Source: Verrucomicrobiota bacterium
Lineage (GTDB): Bacteria; Verrucomicrobiota; Verrucomicrobiia; Limisphaerales; JAKPVM01
Assembly (NCBI GenBank): GCA_039793825.1
Contig: JBAMMJ010000152.1
Location: 1 to 32,898 of the forward strand
Direction of reading: 5' to 3'
Length of the DNA: 32,898 bases
A program made the translations under genes and the position numbers. The notes under the pieces are model-generated. The model did no database searches. It was not told the origin of the DNA and was given only the letters and a program-made list of their open reading frames with translations. Below, piece by piece: positions 26,166-32,898 of this stretch (the stretch's first letter is position 1; every line of letters starts with the position of its first letter).

Positions 26166-28388
26166 ATGAAAATGACCAATGAACTATCGCAACAGAACAA
26201 CAGGCACTACAATCCCGCGGCGGAACTGCTATTAAAATTACTACGTTTTATCCTGATCTTGATTTTAAAAGTTTTTTACCGTTTTGAAGCGCGCAACCTT
26301 CAAATACTTAATACCGAAGGACCTGTTCTTTTAGTTTCAAACCACGTGAGCTGGATTGATTGGTTGTTAATAGGCGTGTTATTAAACGAGGATTGGAAGT
26401 TTGTTACATCAAAAACCACAGCAAACCTCAGCTGGTTTCACAGGTTTATAATGGTTAATAGACGCACATTCCCAATTGACCCTGTTTCCCCCTACTCTGC
26501 CAAAAAGATCGCCGAGTGTTTAAAAAACGGCGGACGGCTTGTGCTTTTTCCCGAAGGCAGAATGTCGCGCACCGGCAATATTATGAAATTTTATGAGGGC
26601 GTAGGCTTTCTTCTCCATACAACAAAAACAAAAGTAATTTTATGCAGAATTAGAGGGGCGGAACGAACAGACTGGGCGAAACACAATGGATGGAAAAAAC
26701 TTTTCTATCCAATATCGCTCCATTTTTACGGACCAGTAATTCCACCAAAATTTGAATCCGTAAAGACTTCAATAATCCGGTCCAGATTAACTCAATGGTT
26801 GATGGACCTGATGATAAAACAACATTTTGACGTTGAAATGCAATCGGCTCCTCAAGATATTCCCGATGCAATTTGCGAATCAGCCCGGCAGAGACCCGGT
26901 TTTGTAGTATTTGAGGACGCGCAGGAAAACAAACTCTCTTTAAGAAGGTTTTGTGTGGGCGCAGCCCTGCTATCAAAAGAATTCAAAAAATCAATTGATG
27001 CCAACAATATTCGCGTAGGGATAATATTGCCGAATGTTTGCGCTACACCTCTTGTGATAGTCGCTTTATGGAAAGAGGGGAAAATACCTACGATCCTCAA
27101 TTATTCCTCTGGTTTAAATAATATGATTAAATGCGCGAAAATTGCCGACATTAAATATATCATCACATCAAGGATTTTCATTGAAAGATTAAGAATCCAG
27201 CCAGTCCAATTCACTTCAGAAGGTTTTCACTTACTATACATTGAAGACATAAAAGAACACATATCTGACACTGCAAAAATCTTAGCTTTGTTTAAAAGCC
27301 TGTTTACTGTCCCCTGTTTAAAGCCGCCTGGCGCAGGTTCACTTGCCGATAAAACCGCCGTGATTTTATTTACAAGCGGTTCCGAAGGCGAGCCAAAGGG
27401 TGTGGAACTAACTCATTCCAATATCCTCGCCAACATTCGTCAGCTGCTTGCAGTTGTTGACCTCCGCGACAGCGATAGGCTATTTAGTTGCCTGCCTCTG
27501 TTTCATAGTTTCGGATTGACAATCGGCGCCTTTGTCCCGCTCACCCGGTGCATATACAGCTTTTTATACATTTCTCCTCTCCACTACCGACTTGCCCCAA
27601 CCCTGTTTTATGAGAAAGAGTGCACAATTATGTTCAGCACAAATACTTTTCTCAACGGATATCTGCGCCGCGCACATCCATACGATTTCCATAATGCCCG
27701 CCTTGTTTTCGCAGGCGCAGAAAAACTCTCGGAGTCCACAGCAGATAATTTTGCCCGATACTTCGGCATACGGGTTCTTGAAGGCTATGGTGTAACTGAA
27801 TGCAGCCCGGTTGTATGCGTCAATACGCCATTATGCAACAAATTCAATACAGTCGGTAGATTTCTTCCCGGAATTGAATGGAGGATTGAACCAGTAGAAG
27901 GAATCAATTCATCAAATACAGGCAGGTTATATGTAAAAGGACCTAATATTATGCGCGGTTATATCAATCCCGAGGCAAACGCAAAGTTTAAGTCCCTTGA
28001 TGGATGGTATGATACTGGAGATATTGTCCGAGTAGATGAACACGGATTCGTTCAGATTCTTGGAAGATTAAAAAGGTTTGCTAAAATAAGCGGCGAAATG
28101 ATTTCACTGACAGCAATTGAAGAGGCATTAAATCAAGCAATACAAGCAAAAAATACAAAAGGGCAGGTTGCCATTATTAATTTGCAAGACCAGATAAAAG
28201 GCGAAAGACTGATCGGCATAACAAACGATTCAACTCTAACAATTCAGCACGTCAGACAGACCCTGAAATCCGCCGGGTTTTCACCCCTCGCTTTTCCTTC
28301 AGAATTGATTTACATAAAAGATATTCCAAAACTCGGCTCGGGAAAGACAGATTATATTACACTCAAACAAATGATTGAAAAATTATAA
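26166..28388 (+). CDS. aas: Bifunctional 2-acylglycerophosphoethanolamine acyltransferase / acyl-ACP synthetase (Aas-like)
   Basis: The N-terminal part is a PlsC-type acyltransferase with the HX4D motif (NHVSWID) and FPEGRMSRTG. The C-terminal part is an adenylate-forming domain with ILFTSGSEGEPKGVELTH, EGYGVTE, WYDTGD and a terminal GSGKTD. At 740 aa the architecture matches E. coli Aas. Confidence 0.88.
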   Translation: MKMTNELSQQNNRHYNPAAELLLKLLRFILILILKVFYRFEARNLQILNTEGPVLLVSNHVSWIDWLLIGVLLNEDWKFVTSKTTANLSWFHRFIMVNRRTFPIDPVSPYSAKKIAECLKNGGRLVLFPEGRMSRTGNIMKFYEGVGFLLHTTKTKVILCRIRGAERTDWAKHNGWKKLFYPISLHFYGPVIPPKFESVKTSIIRSRLTQWLMDLMIKQHFDVEMQSAPQDIPDAICESARQRPGFVVFEDAQENKLSLRRFCVGAALLSKEFKKSIDANNIRVGIILPNVCATPLVIVALWKEGKIPTILNYSSGLNNMIKCAKIADIKYIITSRIFIERLRIQPVQFTSEGFHLLYIEDIKEHISDTAKILALFKSLFTVPCLKPPGAGSLADKTAVILFTSGSEGEPKGVELTHSNILANIRQLLAVVDLRDSDRLFSCLPLFHSFGLTIGAFVPLTRCIYSFLYISPLHYRLAPTLFYEKECTIMFSTNTFLNGYLRRAHPYDFHNARLVFAGAEKLSESTADNFARYFGIRVLEGYGVTECSPVVCVNTPLCNKFNTVGRFLPGIEWRIEPVEGINSSNTGRLYVKGPNIMRGYINPEANAKFKSLDGWYDTGDIVRVDEHGFVQILGRLKRFAKISGEMISLTAIEEALNQAIQAKNTKGQVAIINLQDQIKGERLIGITNDSTLTIQHVRQTLKSAGFSPLAFPSELIYIKDIPKLGSGKTDYITLKQMIEKL

Positions 28389-28817
28389 TTCATCAATTTT
28401 CTATTTTTACAATCTGTATCGGATTGACTCCAACAATTTTACCACTCAATTTAATATTTTATAAATTTTACACTTACAATCTTGTTTAAGTGCACAACTG
28501 TGGAATTCTCTAAATATTCTGATATTCAAGGTGTAATAACGGTCAATTGAATTAGTGAATTATAAATATTATTAATATATGATATTTATATCCACTTTTG
28601 CTTAAATTTCGTTAAGAACAAATTTTTGATTTAATAAATCACCGTATTACAGGTTGTTTTTTCAAAATTTATAAATAAATATCTGCTTCCTTTGTTGAAA
28701 AAACGCAAATGATAGTTTAGATTATCTTTAGAAATCCAGAAGATATTTAAATAATGTTAATATTTGCTTTTACATTTATACATTCAATGATTAATTTAAA
28801 AACAAATCGGAGGGGTT

Positions 28818-29576
28818 ATGGAGAAAAATCCAGAGTATAACAGATATGTATCTTTTATTCGCTGTCAGCTTACCCCTGAAAAAGGTGTTGAAGCTGGCAA
28901 GAAAAGGACCTGCGTTAAGCCGGTAATAACAGTCACCAGGCAAACAGGCTCGGGGGGACATCTTTTTGCAAATAAACTTGCGGAATATTTGCAGAACCGC
29001 GTGCCAACACGTTGTTCATGGGCGGTCTTTGACCAAAATTTAGTTGAAAAGGTTCTTGAAGAACACAATCTTCCTAAAGAATTCGCAAAGTATATGCCTG
29101 AAGATAGGAATTCGCTTATAAACGATATGGTTGAGGAACTACTTGGTTTACATCCACCAAGCTGGGAACTTGTCAGGCAAACCACAGAGACCATTTTGCA
29201 TCTTGCGCACGCGGGCAACGTAATAATTGTTGGACGCGCCGCTAATGTCATTACACAAAAAATGCCGAACACATTTCATATCCGACTTGTCGGTTCATTT
29301 GAAAGGCGCGTGGAAAGAATAATGCGATTGGGTAATATGTCCAGGAAAGCGGCTGAAAACTTTGTCAAAAAAGAAGATGAAGCAAAGATAAAATATCTTA
29401 AACACTATTTTAATGAAAATCCGGAAAATCCCCTTCAATACCACTTTATTATCAATACAGATTTAATTGAACCTGAGGAAGCGGCGATTTATGTTGGCAA
29501 CGCAATAATAAAACGGTTTAAATTAATCCCAGAGAAAGCTGAAGAAGAAACGCTACCGACTCCTATGTTGCCATAA
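28818..29576 (+). CDS. Cytidylate kinase-like family protein (Cytidylate_kin2-type P-loop protein)
   Basis: The segment ITVTRQTGSGGHLFANKLAEYL matches the ISRxxGSGG motif of that family. This is the only gene in the window with a strong Shine-Dalgarno sequence (GGAGGGG, 4 nt before the ATG). Confidence 0.7.
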   Translation: MEKNPEYNRYVSFIRCQLTPEKGVEAGKKRTCVKPVITVTRQTGSGGHLFANKLAEYLQNRVPTRCSWAVFDQNLVEKVLEEHNLPKEFAKYMPEDRNSLINDMVEELLGLHPPSWELVRQTTETILHLAHAGNVIIVGRAANVITQKMPNTFHIRLVGSFERRVERIMRLGNMSRKAAENFVKKEDEAKIKYLKHYFNENPENPLQYHFIINTDLIEPEEAAIYVGNAIIKRFKLIPEKAEEETLPTPMLP

Positions 29577-29640
29577 CTGCATCGTAAAAATATTTAATAA
29601 TCTTTGCCGTGTGGCGCAAAATATTCATCAATTGGTGGTA

Positions 29641-30342
29641 TCAATCTAAAACCTTGATTCTTGCATTCCGAATCTGAACCTGTGTGTCGCCGCGACTCAA
29701 TTCTTGAAAACCGATATGCCCCCGTTTGGGTCTGTCTTTAACCGGTGGGGCAATTGAACCGTCGTGCCGTTTAACGGTCTGTTCCTGTTTTGATAGGTCA
29801 AGGTCGTGTATTAATTCTCCATTAAGCACAACTTTTAACGAATTCCCATTTAAAGAGATGATGTAATGATTCCATTCCGTAGGCTTATAGACCTGTTTTT
29901 TGGGCGCGATGGCGCGGTAAATTCCGCCGGTTAATTCTGAATCCTTAGCTTGCGGATTATATCTTAGATCAGCCATCTGCAATTCCATTCCTTCAAAAGC
30001 CGGGTCGCCTTTCATAGGCGCCCTTAGAGCGCAACCACTGTTGCCCAGCTCGCCCAATTTGAATTCAAATTCAAGCACAAAGTTTTCATATTCGCGTTCG
30101 CTAACAAGCCAGGTGCCGCGTTCTTTGCTCCCGAACAGAACTCCATTTTCAACCCTCCATACCGCGTTTGAAGGGGCTGGTTTGCTCAGGTCATTCCACA
30201 TCCTTACAACCCAGCCTTTTGGCACCCCATCTTCCGGGAACAATTTCTCAAACCCCTCTTTATCTAAAGCGGCTCGTCCTGCCGATGAAAAAAGGAATAA
30301 AATGACTACAACAGTTGAAAGGTTTTTAATCGTTTTGATCAT
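29641..30342 (-). CDS. DUF1080 (3-keto-disaccharide hydrolase-like) domain protein, secreted
   Basis: The signal peptide is MIKTIKNLSTVVVILFLFSSAGRA. The segments WRVENGVLFGS, ENFVLEFEFKL...NSGCALR and GHIGFQ...VQIRNARIKVL are typical of this concanavalin-like fold family. Confidence 0.8.
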   Translation of the reverse strand: MIKTIKNLSTVVVILFLFSSAGRAALDKEGFEKLFPEDGVPKGWVVRMWNDLSKPAPSNAVWRVENGVLFGSKERGTWLVSEREYENFVLEFEFKLGELGNSGCALRAPMKGDPAFEGMELQMADLRYNPQAKDSELTGGIYRAIAPKKQVYKPTEWNHYIISLNGNSLKVVLNGELIHDLDLSKQEQTVKRHDGSIAPPVKDRPKRGHIGFQELSRGDTQVQIRNARIKVLD

Positions 30343-30384
30343 AAAGTTAAGTTATTAGAACCCATTTTATTTACAAGACAATAT

Positions 30385-31407
30385 TCACAGTGTATTTATT
30401 CTGTCAATTAACTGACGCAACCTGCCATAATTTTTTCTATTGAATTTAAACGCAAGTCGCGGCAGTTCTACAAAGTCGTTGTCCTCTTTTTCTTCATCAG
30501 TTGGCGCAATTACAGCAATTTTTCCATCAACAATAATATCCGAAAAATCTTCATTTAGCGCCTCAAGAGCCGAAGGAGATGGCGTGTATTTCATTCTTAT
30601 TACGAGCATATCTTTTACAAAACGAGTGGAATGAAAATTGCGGTAGAATTTTGATATCCATTTGACCGCAATCTCCGGGCTATCGGTAATCTGATACAAA
30701 TTCAGGTCTTCTTCTGAAATGTAATGGTTTCTTAAAAGATGCTCCCTGATATGCTTATCCCAGGTTTTCCAGAAGGCGCAACCGGGCTGGTCTATCAAAA
30801 CGAGTGGCATTAAGCGGCTTTTGCCGGTTTGCATAAGTGTCAGCGCCTCATAACCTTCGTCCATAGTGCCGAAACCTCCTGGAAAAAGCACTACTGCGTC
30901 GGCGTTTCGGATAAAAGTTAGTTTTCTTGTGAAAAAATATTTGAATGTGATTAATTTTTTATCTTTTAAGATAACAGGATTAGGCAATTGTTCCCAGGGC
31001 AATCTTATATTTGCGCCGAAACTCATTTCCGGACCCGCCCCCTCGTGGACGGCCTGCATTATGCCCGGTCCTGCTCCTGTTATAACCATAAAACCGGCGT
31101 CTGCAGCAAGTTTGCCAAACTCTACAGCCTGTTTATAAATAAGCCGTGCAGGTTCTGTCCGAGCCGAACCAAACACCGCAATTTTCCGTTTTGACTCGTA
31201 AGGCGCAAACAATTTAAATGAATACCGAAGCTCCCGAACTGCGGTTTGAATCACTCGGGCATCGCCGCGATTCTCCACATCGTTGAGCATCTTAATAGCA
31301 TTAAGGATTATATCCTCAACAACATCGGGGTTATGTCCACCACCGACAAGTTTAACCAACTCCCTTACCCGCTCTTTAATAGACTCATCGTTGTTTCGCA
31401 GATTCAT
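30385..31407 (-). CDS. LOG family (TIGR00730-type) protein with N- and C-terminal extensions; possible nucleotide 5'-monophosphate nucleosidase
   Basis: The LOG core is IAVFGSARTEP...VITGAGPGIMQAVHEGA...PGGFGTMDEGYEALTLMQTGK, including the PGGxGTxxE motif. About 70 aa of helical sequence precede the core, and about 100 aa of unassigned sequence follow it. Confidence 0.8.
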   Translation of the reverse strand: MNLRNNDESIKERVRELVKLVGGGHNPDVVEDIILNAIKMLNDVENRGDARVIQTAVRELRYSFKLFAPYESKRKIAVFGSARTEPARLIYKQAVEFGKLAADAGFMVITGAGPGIMQAVHEGAGPEMSFGANIRLPWEQLPNPVILKDKKLITFKYFFTRKLTFIRNADAVVLFPGGFGTMDEGYEALTLMQTGKSRLMPLVLIDQPGCAFWKTWDKHIREHLLRNHYISEEDLNLYQITDSPEIAVKWISKFYRNFHSTRFVKDMLVIRMKYTPSPSALEALNEDFSDIIVDGKIAVIAPTDEEKEDNDFVELPRLAFKFNRKNYGRLRQLIDRINTL

Positions 31408-31457
31408 TGAAAAACAATCTACACTATTTCTCCGTTAAATTCAGCCCCAATTGTTAT

Positions 31458-32852
31458 TCAAATATCAAATACCTCTCCCGGATTTGGAACAATGATCTCA
31501 GATTCAGGTTTGATGTGCTTTAAAGTTTCCGCAAATGCGAGCGACTGCTGTTCTTCTCCGTGAATTACAAAAATCTTTCGCATATCACCGGTCATTCTCT
31601 TAACATAAGCCTGCAACTCATTTTTATCAGCGTGACCGGAAAGCGCGTCCAGAGAAACAATTCTTGCCCGAACCTCGTGAGGTTCTCCGAAGATCATTAC
31701 CGCGTTTTTACCTGCCAGAATTTGCGCGCCGAGAGTATTCTCCGCGCAATAGCCGATAAACATAACTAAATTGTTAGGATTTCCGATATGGTTTTTTAGA
31801 TGATGACGTATTCTTCCTGCCTCGCACATCCCGGAAGCGCTTATAATTATTGCTGGCTCTTTCAGGTCATTTAACTTCATTGAATGCGCCTGTTCGCGGA
31901 TGTAGGTAAGATTATCCATACCGAACGGATTTTCTTTTTCGTGCAAAAACCTATATATCACTTCATTAAAACATTCAGGATGCAGCCTGTAAACCTCCGT
32001 GGCATTCACGCTCAATGGACTATCAACAAAGATAGGGACTTTTGGCAATTTGCCCTCAATTGTCAAAAGATGGAGAATATAAACTATCTGTTGCGTGCGT
32101 CCGACTGAAAATGCCGGGATAATAACCTTTCCGTTTTTCTTTAAAGTATCAAGCACCAATTCGGCAACCTGCGGCGCAAACGTGTTTCTTGAAGAATGTT
32201 CGCGGTCTCCGTAAGTGGATTCAATCTGGAGATAATCAACGCCTTCCACAACCTCAGGGTCTCTCAAAATCGGGTCCTGTCCGCGCCCAACATCTCCGCT
32301 AAATAGATATCGGAATTTTCTACCGTTTTCCCGAATATCAAGAACAACCTGAGCAGAGCCTAAAATATGCCCGGCATCTCTAAATGTTAAAGTTACACCA
32401 TCAGCCACAGGAATGGGACGGTCATAATTGATTGCTACAAACTGCCTGACTGCCATCTCTGCTTCAACAGTTGTGTAGAGTGGTTCAACAGGCGGCAATC
32501 CCCTTTTTGCTCTCTTTTTTGATACAAACTCGGCGTCCTGTTTCTGAACCACAGCAGAGTCAACAAGCATTATGCTCGCAAGGTCCCGCGTGGCAAATGT
32601 GCTATAAACATTTCCTTTGAAACCCTGAACACACAGATTGGGCAAATTACCGCAATGGTCAATGTGCGAATGGCTCAATATTACGGCATCTATTGAATTG
32701 GGGGGGAATGGGAAATTGCGATTTTTTTCAATTGATTCTGCGCGTCTGCCCTGAAACAATCCGCAATCAAGAAGGAGTCGGCTACCATTGATTTCAATCA
32801 AATACATTGACCCGGTTGTTGTCCGTGTAGCGCCCAAAAAATGCACTTTCAT
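31458..32852 (-). CDS. Metallo-beta-lactamase fold, beta-CASP family ribonuclease (RNA-metabolising MBL)
   Basis: The protein begins MKVHFLGATRTTTGS. The HxHxDH motif is LSHSHIDHCGNLP. Later segments are DAGHILGSA, ESTYGDREH and SGHAD. At 464 aa its length and motif order fit the beta-CASP/RMMBL family. Confidence 0.88.
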   Translation of the reverse strand: MKVHFLGATRTTTGSMYLIEINGSRLLLDCGLFQGRRAESIEKNRNFPFPPNSIDAVILSHSHIDHCGNLPNLCVQGFKGNVYSTFATRDLASIMLVDSAVVQKQDAEFVSKKRAKRGLPPVEPLYTTVEAEMAVRQFVAINYDRPIPVADGVTLTFRDAGHILGSAQVVLDIRENGRKFRYLFSGDVGRGQDPILRDPEVVEGVDYLQIESTYGDREHSSRNTFAPQVAELVLDTLKKNGKVIIPAFSVGRTQQIVYILHLLTIEGKLPKVPIFVDSPLSVNATEVYRLHPECFNEVIYRFLHEKENPFGMDNLTYIREQAHSMKLNDLKEPAIIISASGMCEAGRIRHHLKNHIGNPNNLVMFIGYCAENTLGAQILAGKNAVMIFGEPHEVRARIVSLDALSGHADKNELQAYVKRMTGDMRKIFVIHGEEQQSLAFAETLKHIKPESEIIVPNPGEVFDI

Positions 32853-32898
32853 AATATCAGACTAAATACAAAAAATTCAGGATTAATGCAATGAAAAT

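Noticed and set aside
28389-28817. The AT-rich gap considered as a chromosomal replication origin.
   Set aside because: It holds only two partial DnaA-box-like matches. There is no cluster of consensus TTATCCACA boxes and no dnaA/dnaN/gyrB neighbourhood. I kept it only as a low-interest finding pending GC-skew analysis.
1-32898. A search for CRISPR arrays, tRNA/rRNA genes, transposase or integrase genes, toxin-antitoxin pairs and known defence-system signatures.
   Set aside because: I saw no direct-repeat/spacer periodicity and no tRNA-like T-arm (GGTTCGAAT-type) context. None of the ORFs carries recombinase/DDE or typical defence-domain motifs. The window looks like core chromosome plus a glycan cluster.

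Overview
This is about 33 kb of ordinary-looking chromosomal DNA. It is probably from a PVC-superphylum bacterium (Verrucomicrobiota-like). That placement rests on gene content: prepilin-type H-X9-DG proteins, a DUF1080 protein, a Tat-signal Gfo/Idh/MocA oxidoreductase, squalene-hopene cyclase, and mostly Shine-Dalgarno-less starts. I support 28 protein-coding genes. They are: a partial tail-specific protease, an SDR epimerase, two tandem prepilin-like H-X9-DG paralogs, rho, and an 8-gene surface-glycan cluster (O-antigen-ligase-like protein, 2 GT2, 1 GT4, 1 GT-B-like protein, 3 SAM methyltransferases). Then come a 2-oxoacid dehydrogenase E1alpha/E1beta/E2 operon, nfo, a bifunctional-nuclease-family protein, an oxidoreductase, shc, a stand-alone FIST protein and a marR-lplT-aas operon. 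The last four are a cytidylate-kinase-like protein, a DUF1080 protein, an extended LOG-family protein and a beta-CASP metallo-beta-lactamase RNase. I saw no rRNA, tRNA, CRISPR array, transposase, integrase or prophage genes. All product calls rest on motifs recognised by eye, because no database search was possible. I did not find a convincing, wholly novel multi-gene system. Three signals best merit follow-up. (1) Each pilin-like gene is its own unit of near-consensus sigma-54 promoter, CDS and strong intrinsic terminator. (2) An about 80-bp hairpin built from inverted 10-nt CACAGAGA-type repeats sits in a 440-bp convergent gap, and its wobble-pair asymmetry points to a minus-strand RNA. (3) The glycan cluster is methyltransferase-rich. 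Smaller oddities are a Rho lacking the N-terminal helix bundle, a MarR gene fused to the lplT-aas lysophospholipid-recycling pair, and a co-directional beta-CASP RNase / LOG nucleosidase pair.
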